Under the pieces are notes generated by a model that saw nothing but the letters and a program-made list of their open reading frames with translations, had not been told where the DNA came from and searched no databases. Shown here piece by piece: positions 31,281 to 41,679 of a DNA stretch of 64,000 bases; position 1 is the first letter of the stretch, and each line of letters starts with the position of its first letter. Position numbers and translations under genes: made by a program. The DNA comes from an uncultured delta proteobacterium (GTDB taxonomy: Bacteria; Desulfobacterota; Binatia; UBA9968): contig CAWJBB010000039.1 in assembly GCA_963840855.1 (NCBI GenBank), forward strand, positions 32,001 to 96,000, given 5' to 3'.

Positions 31281-32100
31281 CGGCAAACCCCTTGCGCGAT
31301 TTCTGAAACCACCAGAAACCCATCCACGCAATCGCGATACTGACGAACATATATATACCCCAGCCTACCCCGTCGGGAATCTGGCCAAATATAAGTGTTT
31401 TGCGCCCTTCTTCAAGAGTGAAGGTGAGAGGGTTTAATTTCACCCAGATCTGATACTCCTCGGGCAAGGCGGAAAGGGGATAAAAGACAGGCGAGAGGAA
31501 CAAAAGCACTGTGGTAAGAATACCGACGGTTTGGCTGACATCGCGCAGGTAGACGCCGATGGCCGACAGGAACCATGCCACGCCCATCGTGGCGAGCAAT
31601 AACGGCAAGATGATGATCGGGAAAAACACCGCCGTAAAGGGCATGGTGTGGTTCAACAAAAGCTGAGCCAGGAGCAGCACAAGCAAGCTGATTCCCGAGT
31701 GGAACAACGTGGAACCCATCGCCACCCACGGAAGAATCTCGAGCGGGAACACAACTTTCTTTACATAGTTAACGTTGGCGAGAATCAACCCTGGAGCCCG
31801 GTTGGTACATTCCGCAAACAAGCCATGAACGATGATGCCGACGAATAACACGATGGCGAAGCCGGCTCTGTCTTCCCCGCCACCCACGCCCCAGCGGGCT
31901 TTGAAGATCACTGAGAAGACAAATGTATAGACCATGAGCATCAGGAGGGGATTGAAAAATGACCACGCGAGTCCCAAAACAGAGCCGCGATACCGACCAA
32001 TAACGTCGCGTTTCGTCATTTGCACAATTAGGCTACGGTTTCGCCATAAACTGGCGAACAGCTCGCCGATGGATGTACGGGGTGCTTGATGCGGGTTCAT
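31270..32100 (-). CDS. wzm: Wzm ABC-2 permease
   Basis: RYRGSVLGLAWSFFNP, YVKKVVFP, SPVFYP, GFADVL. Confidence 0.92.
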   Translation of the reverse strand: MNPHQAPRTSIGELFASLWRNRSLIVQMTKRDVIGRYRGSVLGLAWSFFNPLLMLMVYTFVFSVIFKARWGVGGGEDRAGFAIVLFVGIIVHGLFAECTNRAPGLILANVNYVKKVVFPLEILPWVAMGSTLFHSGISLLVLLLAQLLLNHTMPFTAVFFPIIILPLLLATMGVAWFLSAIGVYLRDVSQTVGILTTVLLFLSPVFYPLSALPEEYQIWVKLNPLTFTLEEGRKTLIFGQIPDGVGWGIYMFVSIAIAWMGFWWFQKSRKGFADVL

Positions 32101-32337
32101 GGGTTAATTGAATGCTTCATTTCAACTTCGACGCGCGCAAACAGACCTCTATTCATGACCCACACAAAGCGATGAGATCAAATAAACCGACTACGCTATC
32201 AGAGCGCCACTCAATGGCAGGCCAAAGTTCTCACTCCCGGTATCATTCCCCGACGAGAACCAGGAATCCCTGAACTTTATAGCTAACATGAAGTTAGATC
32301 CCTTGCACGATCTATAATCTATAATGGACTCCCGAGC

Positions 32338-33201
32338 TTACTTCCGCAGGTGTCCCTTCTCGATCAAATAGCGCTCGAGAGCGTCTTCCCACAAGGGCAG
32401 ATCCCCGATCCCCAATTGCCTGAGCTTCGCCGGCGCCAAAACCGAATAGGCCGGACGCTGGGCCTTGGCGCCAAAAGCCTCGGTTGTCGTCGGAGCAAAA
32501 TCCGGCTTGAGACCGAGAAGAAAGAAAATCTGAGCCGCAAACTCATACCAGGAACATTGCCCGCGATTGGTGATGTGATAGAGGCCGTAAGCTTGAGTTT
32601 GTACCAGTGCTTTGAGGCGCTGCGCCAAGTCCTTTGTATAGGTAGGCGTCAGAACCTGATCCTCAACCACCCGAAGCGGCTTTCCCGCCCCGGCCAATCG
32701 GATCATCGTTTCCACGAAGTTGCCGCCCTTACCGCTCGACCCGGCCTGTCCATAGAGACCTGAAGTGCGCACGATGAAGTGTTTTGGGCAAATATTTCGG
32801 ACAAAATACTCACCGGCAAGCTTCGACCCGCCGTAAACACTCAGCGGATTAGGCGCATCGTCCTCAGTGTAAGGAGAAGCCTGTTCGCCGCCGAAGACAT
32901 AATCAGTGCTGATATGCATCAGCGCGCAATCCGAATCAGCGCAAACTCGGGCAAGATTCCGCGCGCCATAAGCGTTTACCGAAAAAGCCTGGTCCAGGTC
33001 ATCCTCACAATCGTCCACGCGATTGAAAGCAGCCGTATTGATCACGGCATCCGGTTTTAACTGGGAGAGAACCGCACGCGCCCGCACCACGTCCCGAATA
33101 TCAAGGTCGCTGTGCGTCAAACCTTCGATATCCCAACCGGAAAGAATCTTGACCAGATCGGTGCCGAGCTGACCGTTGGCTCCGATGACCACGGCGCGCA
33201 T
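32338..33201 (-). CDS. rfbD: dTDP-4-dehydrorhamnose reductase
   Basis: GANGQLG, HISTDYVF, YGGSK, DQVLTPT. Confidence 0.92.
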   Translation of the reverse strand: MRAVVIGANGQLGTDLVKILSGWDIEGLTHSDLDIRDVVRARAVLSQLKPDAVINTAAFNRVDDCEDDLDQAFSVNAYGARNLARVCADSDCALMHISTDYVFGGEQASPYTEDDAPNPLSVYGGSKLAGEYFVRNICPKHFIVRTSGLYGQAGSSGKGGNFVETMIRLAGAGKPLRVVEDQVLTPTYTKDLAQRLKALVQTQAYGLYHITNRGQCSWYEFAAQIFFLLGLKPDFAPTTTEAFGAKAQRPAYSVLAPAKLRQLGIGDLPLWEDALERYLIEKGHLRK

Positions 33202-33501
33202 CTTACAACATCCTGCGAAATTTCAATTTCTTATTTTCTTGTCGATTCGCCAATTTGGCATCGGCGCACCAAAAATTTGCGCAAGCCGCGAACACCTATA
33301 CTTATAGCAATTAGCGTGTATCAGTCACATCCCCCGGCCATCTATTTCAACCGCGTGGCAAATGTTCTGTAACCATTTTCTGCGATGTTTTTCAAATAAC
33401 CTGTGGTTTGCGGGATTAAACCTGATAGAGTAAGCTGGCGCGATTGTTTCGCATCTAGATTATTTCGCTCCAAGCATAAAAACCTTCAAGCTGAGACCAA
33501 G

Positions 33502-34395
33502 GTGGCCACAACATTCAGCATAATCATACCGACCAGGGATCGACACGAAGAGATAATAGGCCTTCTAGAGAGCATTAAATACCTAGACGGCTTGGTGCGG
33601 ATTAAACCTGAAATCATTGTAAGCGATAATTGCTCCAAAGACCAAACATGGCTCGGCCTCCAGAGGATGGCCGCGGACTATCCTGTCCCGATGCGCCCGT
33701 TGCAAGCGACCTCCCCAGGCAAGTCCAGTGCATTAAACGAAGCGATTGCCGTGGCAAAAGGCGATGTCCTGGCTTTCTTGGATGACGATGTCGTGGTGGA
33801 ACCAGCTTGGCTCGTGGCATTGGAATCGCATTTTGGCCAATTTTCTCACCTTGCCGTCCAGGGAGCGGTCCTTCTTCCACCTCGGGACACCGCCGATCCG
33901 GAGATTTGCCGCCTTATCGATAAGTACCGGACGGTGCGCCAGGTCGATTTCGATGGCAGGACCAACGAAACGCATTCTTTGAACGGCGCTAATATAGCAG
34001 TCCGCCGCGAGGTCTTTGACAAAGTAGGAAAGTTCGATATTCGGCTCGGTCCCGGAGCGTCCGGGACTTCGGAAGACGTCGAGTTCGCGCAACGGATACG
34101 CCAGGCGGGCATTAAAATCGGTTATGTGAAGCAAGCCGTCGTTTATCATCACGTGGACCGATCGAGATTGACCGAGGCCTATTTTCGATCCATTCACAGA
34201 CAGCAGGGCGCCAGCCGGCTTTTGTTCAAGCGCCAGAGCGCGGGCCGCATCATTTTCGACCTCGGTCGGGTTTCGGCTCAATACGGTTTTTATTCGCTAT
34301 TCGGCGGCGAGCGAGATCGCTACCGCAGCAAAGGCCGCGTCTACCATTACCTCGGCATGCTGGAATCGAAACGGAAGGGCCGCGATGGGAAGTGA
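33502..34395 (+). CDS. Glycosyltransferase family 2
   Basis: FSIIIPT, FLDDD, GAN, SED; start approximate. Confidence 0.88.
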   Translation: MATTFSIIIPTRDRHEEIIGLLESIKYLDGLVRIKPEIIVSDNCSKDQTWLGLQRMAADYPVPMRPLQATSPGKSSALNEAIAVAKGDVLAFLDDDVVVEPAWLVALESHFGQFSHLAVQGAVLLPPRDTADPEICRLIDKYRTVRQVDFDGRTNETHSLNGANIAVRREVFDKVGKFDIRLGPGASGTSEDVEFAQRIRQAGIKIGYVKQAVVYHHVDRSRLTEAYFRSIHRQQGASRLLFKRQSAGRIIFDLGRVSAQYGFYSLFGGERDRYRSKGRVYHYLGMLESKRKGRDGK

Positions 34396-34428
34396 ATCCG
34401 GCAATCAGTAGGCTCCCACTTTTGGCGC

Positions 34429-36768
34429 TTATCTCACCGTGCTTCGCGCGGTACCCACGCCGAGCAGGTTAAAATCGAAGCTAAACGTCGTTTTTGACGG
34501 ATTGATATCATACCCGACGCGAAAAGTTATAGACCAACACTCACAGGTGGAAAGATACTTCGTGGCCCCCCGGACGCCGAGAAATCGGCTCTCACGGGCA
34601 TCGTACGACGAACTAAGATACAATAGAATATTGTTCGTCGCGTGATAGATTACGTTCGTCCCAACGCTCCCGATGATATTCTTGGAGAAACCCGCGCAAC
34701 GCGGATCGACGGAATGTTTTGCGCAATAGGCGGGCGTGGCTGGCTCGTCAAGATTAGCGTTTGCGTCCTCGGACAGGAAGCCAAGTTGGCTATTGCGCAA
34801 AAACTGGAAGAAGACGCCGAGGGAGTTCGGTCGATTGAAATCCGGATCTAAAGTCGGCCGTCGCAGACGCGGATCGGAAATCGCGAAGAAAGCGCGCGCT
34901 TGCGATATTTGCCAGGGACCAGGGTTGATGCCCCCCTCCAACGCCATATACAGGTAACTCAAAGGTATCAACCTGATATAGATGTCAAGATCCGATAGGC
35001 TATCCCCGCCTTTCCTCTCTTTATCGATATCGTAGCTGAGCGCCAGTCTGAATTGCCCTAACTCCGCAACGCCCGTGGGGCCGATTGGACTGACGAGTTC
35101 GGTATCTTTTTCGTCGGCCGGAGCCGCCAGTGATCGTATAGGCCTGCCCCAAAACCTGTTTGCAACGGCAAAAGTCAGGACGTTGCGTCTCCTGATCCGA
35201 TCAATGTTGTCCATGATCGGAATATTGCTTTGATCGACACCGGGCACGAACAGGTAGCTCAGCTCGGGCTCAATGACATGTTTAATCGCCGCCCCTGTTG
35301 TCCCGTTCCAGGCAAAAACCCGGCTCATTGACGTCGCGACATTGCCGCGCATTTCCACCATTGGCCGAGCCAGATTTCGCTCCGATGATTTAACCGGTGT
35401 ATAGAGATGATAAATCGTCTGTCGCGGCGCCACGCTCAGGGCGCCGAAGAGGTGAGCCATCTTGAACGGCAGCACCGCTTCCGGGCGCAGGTCAAAACGC
35501 AATCCGTCGCCGCCTTCCCGGCGGAGGTAATTCACCGCCTCGGTTCGCCAGCGAAACTCCAGTGGGAAGCCGGACAAAAATCGCTGGCCCCAAAACGCGA
35601 CCTGCGGCGTGCGCTGCAAGGTGATCGAGTCGGGTTGGATGAAATCCTGATAGAACTTCCACTCGCCTCTGAGAAAAGTATCGCCCCAGGCTCTAAAAAT
35701 ACCCATTCGCGATTCGCCGAAACGGCTGCGCTTGATGTCGCCTTCTTTGGTAGCCGGCAGGTCAAAACGATCGATGAGCTCGCGCGTAAACAAATCGTCC
35801 CGATAGGCCGCCACGTCGCTATAGGTGAGCCAATTGGCAGTGGTAAGATAGCGGTGCGTTGCGACGACACTCCAGCGGTTCTGCGGAATGCGCGGGTCCG
35901 CGATAGTGGGGTCGACGATGGACTCGTCCGCCCGGTTGCGAAAGGTTTCATTGAAAAAAGACGAGTGAAACCGAAAATCCGAGTCCCGGTCAAACATCGT
36001 GCGCAATTCGCCGATGGCGCCCACCCGCGCCCGGGTCTGGATATCGAATGCCAGAGTCGCGTCGGTGCTTTTCGAAATCGCCCAGAAAAAAGGTTGCTGG
36101 AAACGGTAGCCGTCGTCCGTCGATAAACCGAACTTGGGAAACAGAAACCCGGTTTGCCGCTCGGTTTTTAACGGGAAAAATCCGTAAGGCAGGTAAAAAA
36201 CCGGCACGTCCAAAACATAGAAATAACCATTCTTGATAATTGCGAGGCCATTGGCTGAGAGGTCCATTTGATCCGCGGAAAACTTCCAGGGGGGGGCGCC
36301 GGATTCGCATAGGCAAGTGGTAAAAAATCCGTCATCGACATGATAAACTTGGCCGCCTAACTTTTGAAAGCGCCGGCCCATGATGCTGATGTGACCCTGC
36401 TCGATAAAAAGATTGCCGTTTTGAATCTCGCCTGTTTCTTTCCCCAAATTCAACTGCAGCAAATCCGCCGACTTGATTTGCCAATCCGGGTCGTCCAACG
36501 AGACCCGTCCCTTGGCCTCGACATCTTGGGTCTCCCTGTCCACGCGAACCTCATCGGCCCTAATCGTGGCCAGGTCGCGCTTGATTTCGACGTTACCGCT
36601 GGCTTCGATTTTTGTCGCGCCATTCCCCGCGGACAACTTATCAGCGGTCACGTTGATTGCCGCGCCCTCGGCAGCGGGCCGCGCCAGTTGCGCCGACGTA
36701 GAGCTAGCGATGCAGAGAAACGAGACTCCCAATAGCAAAGCGATAACGCAATTTTCTCTCAGCGTCAT
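34429..36768 (-). CDS. lptD: LPS assembly protein LptD
   Basis: Signal peptide, OstA-like N-domain, FTTC, RQTGFLFP, KHVIEP, C-terminal CECW strands. Confidence 0.88.
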   Translation of the reverse strand: MTLRENCVIALLLGVSFLCIASSTSAQLARPAAEGAAINVTADKLSAGNGATKIEASGNVEIKRDLATIRADEVRVDRETQDVEAKGRVSLDDPDWQIKSADLLQLNLGKETGEIQNGNLFIEQGHISIMGRRFQKLGGQVYHVDDGFFTTCLCESGAPPWKFSADQMDLSANGLAIIKNGYFYVLDVPVFYLPYGFFPLKTERQTGFLFPKFGLSTDDGYRFQQPFFWAISKSTDATLAFDIQTRARVGAIGELRTMFDRDSDFRFHSSFFNETFRNRADESIVDPTIADPRIPQNRWSVVATHRYLTTANWLTYSDVAAYRDDLFTRELIDRFDLPATKEGDIKRSRFGESRMGIFRAWGDTFLRGEWKFYQDFIQPDSITLQRTPQVAFWGQRFLSGFPLEFRWRTEAVNYLRREGGDGLRFDLRPEAVLPFKMAHLFGALSVAPRQTIYHLYTPVKSSERNLARPMVEMRGNVATSMSRVFAWNGTTGAAIKHVIEPELSYLFVPGVDQSNIPIMDNIDRIRRRNVLTFAVANRFWGRPIRSLAAPADEKDTELVSPIGPTGVAELGQFRLALSYDIDKERKGGDSLSDLDIYIRLIPLSYLYMALEGGINPGPWQISQARAFFAISDPRLRRPTLDPDFNRPNSLGVFFQFLRNSQLGFLSEDANANLDEPATPAYCAKHSVDPRCAGFSKNIIGSVGTNVIYHATNNILLYLSSSYDARESRFLGVRGATKYLSTCECWSITFRVGYDINPSKTTFSFDFNLLGVGTARSTVR

Positions 36769-36811
36769 ACTGGTCTGTTTTAGTCCCCGACGCGTGCCGC
36801 GTACTGCGGCT

Positions 36812-38090
36812 TCACGGCCGCGCCGCGAGCTCTTGCGCCGTCGGCCGGACTTCGCCCAGCAGGTAGAGCGAGCCGGCAACCAAAATGATATCGTCCGCCC
36901 CTGCTTCTTGGTAAAGCAGCTGCAAACCTGAACGCGCCTCGTCGACGACGCGATGCGGCAGAGACCGCGCCACCCAGCCGGCAATTTTCCCGGGCTCAGT
37001 GCTCCGTTCCATTTGGACTCTGGTCAGCACCACCTCATCCACCAGCGGTAGCAATAGCGACAGCATGGTGCGCCAATCCTTGTCTTCCATCGCGGCGAAC
37101 AGAAGCTTAATCCTTCTTCCCTGGCGAAATTCTTTAAGAGCCTCGGCCAGCGCGCTCACTCCCTCGCCGTTGTGTGCGCCGTCCAAGATCACCCACGGCC
37201 GCTCACGCATGATTTCAAAGCGGCCCGGCCAAGCCACTGAGCTTAGCCCTCGCCGAATCGCGTCTTCAGTGACCGGAATCGAATCGCTCGCCAACTCCAA
37301 CGCAGCGATGGCCATAGCAGCATTCGACCGTTGATGCCGCCCAAAAAGTGCTACCGCAATGTCACGAGAAATCGCGTTTTATGCCCTTATAATCGAAGAA
37401 GCGCTCGTTTTTCAAGAAAAATCCGAAATCTGCGCCGAGAAAGTATGAAGGGGCGTGTTTTTCTTCGGCAAGCTGTCTGATCAGCGCCGCAACTTCAGAC
37501 GGCAGCGGACCACAAACGACGGGCACACTCGGCTTGATAATTCCCGCTTTTTCTCTGCCGATGGAAAGCAAGTCCGAACCTAAATAGGCCTCATGATCTT
37601 TGGATATCGTCGTAATCATCGCAACGATTGGCTGCACCACGTTGGTTGCGTCCAATCGCCCGCCCAGACCCACTTCGATCACGCCGACATCGATTCGCTG
37701 GCGCGCGAGATAGAGGAACGCCATGACCGTGACGATCTCGAAAAACGTCAGGGCCACGCCGGCTGGTGTTATGCGCTCCCGGATCTCCTCGGCCAACTCA
37801 ACGACTTCACCGGGGGAAATTTCCTTATCGCCGACCCGGATGCGCTCGGTGAATGAAACCAGATGTGGAGAGGTATAAAGGCCCGCGCGGTAGCCCCCCA
37901 GCGATAGAATTCGGTGCAGCATCGCCGCCGTCGAGCCCTTGCCGTTGGTGCCGGCGATATGGAGCGCGGGAAATTGCCGCTCGGGATGGCCGACAAGAGC
38001 CAATGCCTCGTCCATGCGGTCAAGGCGCAAATCGATGACGCCGCCGCGGAGGTTATAGATCCAATTGAGGGTTTCGGAATAGGAGTCCAT
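36812..38090 (-). CDS. folC: Folylpolyglutamate synthase/dihydrofolate synthase; +1 frameshift near 37364
   Basis: HIAGTNGKGS, YTSPHL, EVGLGGRLDATN, WPGRFE, LDGAHN, GSLYL; frames join as RDFS/DIAVAL. Confidence 0.9.
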
Positions 38091-38101
38091 GGGCGCCGCG
38101 A

Positions 38102-38180
38102 GGTTCAAGGTTCAAAGTTTCGGATAAACCCCAAATCCTTATGTTAAAGTCCTTGAACGCTGAACCTTGAACTTTGAACC
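38102..38180. repeat. Heptamer (GTTCAAR) inverted-repeat element A
   Basis: GGTTCAAGGTTCAAAGTTT ... TTGAACGCTGAACCTTGAACTTTGAACC. Confidence 0.85.
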
Positions 38181-38984
38181 CCGTCTCGCCCGGCGCATGG
38201 CGCGTTTCAGCCGGGCGACGAATTTGCCAGCGCGCGCCGCCTTTTGTTTTCTGTCTTTCGCGGTTTCGATAATTTGGACCAGCGCGCTACCGACCACCGC
38301 CGCGTCGGCAAAGCCGCCGATCCACGCCGCCTGCTCGGGTGTCGAAATGCCGAATCCCACGCCCACCGGCAACGACGCAGCGCCGCGCACCCGCGTCACC
38401 TGGGCGCGCAGTTGCCTGTCAAATGACCGGCGCGCGCCGGTGACGCCCGTCACCGAGACGTAATAAATAAAGCCGCTTCCCTGCCGGGCCGCCTGACGGA
38501 TGCGATCGGGGCCACTTGTGGGCGACAATAGAAAAATCACGTCGAGTCCCAGAGCGTCGCTCCATCGCTTCAACTCGCCGCTTTCCTCCGGCGGCAAATC
38601 GACGCAGAGCACGCCATCGGTCCCCGCTGCCGCGGCCTGGCGGCAGAAACTTTCCAGCCCGTAATGAAAAAATGGATTGAAGTAACCGAACAAAATGACC
38701 GGCAGCTCGGAGTGGCGGCGAAACCGGCGGACCAGAGAGAGAATTTTCGACATAGACGGATTATTCTTCAAGGCGCGCTCCGACGAGCGTTGAATCGTCG
38801 GTCCGTCCGCCGTCGGGTCGGAGAACGGAATGCCTAACTCGATCAAGTCGGCGCCGCCCCTTTCCACGGCGTAGAGTATTTCGAGCGTTGTGGCGAGATC
38901 CGGGTCTCCCGCGGTCACGAACGGAATCAGCGCGGCCTCGCCCCGCCGTTTCAATTCGGCGAATTTTTTTTCTATGCGTCCCAC
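38139..38984 (-). CDS. trpA: Tryptophan synthase alpha
   Basis: ELGIPFSDPTADGPTIQ, YYVSVTGVTG, VGFGIS. Confidence 0.97.
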   Translation of the reverse strand: MGRIEKKFAELKRRGEAALIPFVTAGDPDLATTLEILYAVERGGADLIELGIPFSDPTADGPTIQRSSERALKNNPSMSKILSLVRRFRRHSELPVILFGYFNPFFHYGLESFCRQAAAAGTDGVLCVDLPPEESGELKRWSDALGLDVIFLLSPTSGPDRIRQAARQGSGFIYYVSVTGVTGARRSFDRQLRAQVTRVRGAASLPVGVGFGISTPEQAAWIGGFADAAVVGSALVQIIETAKDRKQKAARAGKFVARLKRAMRRARRGSKFKVQRSRTLT

Positions 38985-38989
38985 AGTCC

Positions 38990-39016
38990 GTTAAAGTTCA
39001 AGTTCAAAGTTCAAGG
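38990..39016. repeat. Heptamer repeat single arm B
   Basis: GTTAAAGTTCAAGTTCAAAGTTCAAGG overlapping the trpB stop. Confidence 0.75.
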
Positions 39017-40242
39017 TGAAGAAAAATCCTCACTCCGAGGTAATCCCCCACGGTCATCATGTCTTTGTCGCCGCGGCCGGAGAGATTAACGATAACGGTT
39101 TGCTGCTTGGGCAAGCGCGGCGCAAGACGCATTACCACAGCGATGGCGTGGGCGCTCTCCAACGCCGGAATAATACCTTCGATTTCTGCGAGGTATTTGA
39201 GCGCGGCGATGGCCTCGCCGTCGGTGGCGGCGGCGAACTGCACCCGGCCCCGGTCGCGCAGGTAACTCAGCTCGGGACCGACGCCAGGATAGTCCAGTCC
39301 CGCCGCGATGGAATGGGTCTCGCGAATCTGGCCGGAGCTGTCCTGCAGTACGTAGCTCTTGCTGCCATGCAGCACGCCGATCTCGCCGCCGAGAACCGAC
39401 GCCGCATGCTCGCCGGTGCCGAGCCCCCGTCCCGCCGCCTCGACGCCGAGCATGCTTACATTGCGGTCTTTGACGAAGGGATAAAAAAGCCCTATCGAGT
39501 TGCTGCCGCCACCGACGCAGGCCACCAGATAGTCGGGCAAACGCCCCTCGGCTTTAAGAATCTGACGGCGCGCTTCCCGGCCGATCACCGATTGGAAGTC
39601 GCGCACCATCATGGGGTAGGGGTGCGGCCCCGCCACCGATCCGATCAGGTAGTAAGTCGTGCGCACGTAGGTCACCCAGTCTCTAAGCGCTTCGTTCATG
39701 GCGTCCTTTAATGTCTCGCTACCGGACTCCACGACCAGCACTTTCGCGCCCAAAAGCTTCATGCGAAACACATTGAGCGATTGGCGTCGGACATCTTCCC
39801 GCCCCATGAAGACTTCGCACTTGAGACCGAAGCGTGCCGCCACCGTCGCCGTGGCCACGCCATGCTGGCCGGCGCCAGTCTCGGCGATGATCCTCTTCTT
39901 GCCCATGCGACGCGCCAGCAGAATCTGGCCGATGGTGTTGTTGATCTTGTGCGCCCCGGTGTGGCAGAGGTCTTCGCGTTTGAGATATATCTTCGCCCCG
40001 CCCAGTTCGCGGGTTAGCCGCTCGGCGAAATAGAGCGGGGTTTCCCGACCCGCGTACTCGCGGAGATAGCGCCGAAACTCTTTTTGAAATGCGCGGTCTC
40101 GGCGCGCCGCCGCATAGGCCCGCTCCAATTCCATGATTGCGGGCATGAGCGTCTCTGCCACATAGCGGCCGCCGAAGGGGCCGAAGTGGCCGCGCCGGTC
40201 AGGCACTTTTGGCAGCAACAATGAACTCTTTGAGTTTGCCAT
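39004..40242 (-). CDS. trpB: Tryptophan synthase beta
   Basis: [36 protein letters not shown]. Confidence 0.97.
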   Translation of the reverse strand: MANSKSSLLLPKVPDRRGHFGPFGGRYVAETLMPAIMELERAYAAARRDRAFQKEFRRYLREYAGRETPLYFAERLTRELGGAKIYLKREDLCHTGAHKINNTIGQILLARRMGKKRIIAETGAGQHGVATATVAARFGLKCEVFMGREDVRRQSLNVFRMKLLGAKVLVVESGSETLKDAMNEALRDWVTYVRTTYYLIGSVAGPHPYPMMVRDFQSVIGREARRQILKAEGRLPDYLVACVGGGSNSIGLFYPFVKDRNVSMLGVEAAGRGLGTGEHAASVLGGEIGVLHGSKSYVLQDSSGQIRETHSIAAGLDYPGVGPELSYLRDRGRVQFAAATDGEAIAALKYLAEIEGIIPALESAHAIAVVMRLAPRLPKQQTVIVNLSGRGDKDMMTVGDYLGVRIFLHLEL

Positions 40243-40825
40243 GATCCTTGATACCCGGACGCGCCTCCACACCGCTGCAAACATCGACTCCGTACGGCCG
40301 CACGCGGCGAATCGCTGCCGCGACATTGGCGACGGTGAGCCCGCCCGACAAAATCAGTTTCTCTGTTTTCACTCCTTCGAGCCACTCCCAGGGAAACCCG
40401 GCGCCTGACCCGCCGTAGCCCGCGGTCCAGGAGTCCAGCAAATAGAATTCCGCGGGAAACTTGTCCATACCGAGCAGCGATTGCTTATCCTTCAAGCGGA
40501 ATGCTTTAATCACTTTCATGTCCCAACCGCGGCAGTAATCTGCGCTCTCCTCGCCGTGAAACTGCAAGCCGGAATATGCCTGCCGGCCATTCGCCAACCT
40601 TCCGCTGGCGATGACTTCACGTACCCTCGATTGAGACTCATTGACAAATAGCGCGACGTTGAAAGACGTTTCCGGCAATCCAGCGAGAACCGCCGCCGCC
40701 GCCTGCGGCGTTACACAACGCGGGCTCGGCTGATAAAAGTTAAATCCCAAGAGATCCGCGCCAAACTCAAGCGCCTTTTCCGCGTCAATCAAGCTGGTAA
40801 TGCCGCACACTTTGACTGTAACCAT
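40199..40825 (-). CDS. trpF: Phosphoribosylanthranilate isomerase
   Basis: [26 protein letters not shown]. Confidence 0.95.
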   Translation of the reverse strand: MVTVKVCGITSLIDAEKALEFGADLLGFNFYQPSPRCVTPQAAAAVLAGLPETSFNVALFVNESQSRVREVIASGRLANGRQAYSGLQFHGEESADYCRGWDMKVIKAFRLKDKQSLLGMDKFPAEFYLLDSWTAGYGGSGAGFPWEWLEGVKTEKLILSGGLTVANVAAAIRRVRPYGVDVCSGVEARPGIKDHGKLKEFIVAAKSA

Positions 40826-40827
40826 GT

Positions 40828-40902
40828 CGTGCTCGTTGCTCGTGCTCGTGCTCGAAAATCGCGCCTAGCCTTAATCACGATCACAGTCACGAACCCGGTC
40901 AC
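40828..40902. repeat. Hexamer (CGTGCT) imperfect inverted-repeat element
   Basis: CGTGCTCGTTGCTCGTGCTCGTGCTCG ... TCACGATCACAGTCACGA fills the trpC-trpF spacer. Confidence 0.6.
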
Positions 40903-41675
40903 GTTAAAAGTTCCCTCAGCTTCTGTCCGGGCGCCGGCGCGCGCATCAGCGATTCACCGATCAAAAAAACATGGATGCCCCACCCTTCGATCCGCCGAAT
41001 CTGCTCGATGCTGTCTATGCCGCTTTCGCAAATCGCCGGCATGCCCGGCGGAACGAGGGGCGCCAGCTTTTGCGTGGTCGCGAGATCGACGTTGAAGGTC
41101 TTCAGATCGCGGTTGTTAATCCCCACCAGTTGCGCGCCCGCTTCGAGGGCCGCGCCCAGCTCTTCTTCGCTGTGCACCTCGACGATAGAATCGAGTCCCA
41201 GGGCCGTGGCCTGCTCGCGGAGATCGCGCAGCGAATCGCGGTCGAGCAGCGCCGCGATAAACAATACGGCGTCGGCGCCATAACTTTTTGCTTCGGTCAA
41301 CTGATAAGGATCGAGCATGAAATCCTTGCGCAAAAGCGGCACGGCGACGGCGGCGTGAATTCGTTCCAGATCGTCGAGACTGCCTTGAAAGTGCCGTTCC
41401 TCCGTGAGCACCGAAATCGCGCTGGCGCCATGCGTCGCGTACTCGCGGGCGATGGCGACGGCGTCGAAATCCTCTCGAATCAGCCCCTTGGACGGCGAAG
41501 CCCGTTTGACCTCGGCGATGATGCGGCGGGTGTTGCCAGCGAGACTCCGGGCGAAACCGCGGGTCACGACATTGAACAATGGACGGTCGCGCAGCGCCGT
41601 CAATGGCCGGTCGCGCCGCCGCCGGTCTACCTCTTCGCGCGCATGCCCGGCGATGGTGGCGAGAAATCCAGCCAT
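40899..41675 (-). CDS. trpC: Indole-3-glycerol phosphate synthase
   Basis: IAEVKRASPSKG, SVLTE, LRKDF, GINNRDL. Confidence 0.96.
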   Translation of the reverse strand: MAGFLATIAGHAREEVDRRRRDRPLTALRDRPLFNVVTRGFARSLAGNTRRIIAEVKRASPSKGLIREDFDAVAIAREYATHGASAISVLTEERHFQGSLDDLERIHAAVAVPLLRKDFMLDPYQLTEAKSYGADAVLFIAALLDRDSLRDLREQATALGLDSIVEVHSEEELGAALEAGAQLVGINNRDLKTFNVDLATTQKLAPLVPPGMPAICESGIDSIEQIRRIEGWGIHVFLIGESLMRAPAPGQKLRELLT

Positions 41676-41679
41676 GAGT

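Noticed and set aside
36812-38090. folC as a true pseudogene, or programmed frameshift/readthrough
   Set aside because: A single extra base restores a normal, usually essential protein; no slippery site; the same kind of extra base occurs at about 4209, which favours sequencing error
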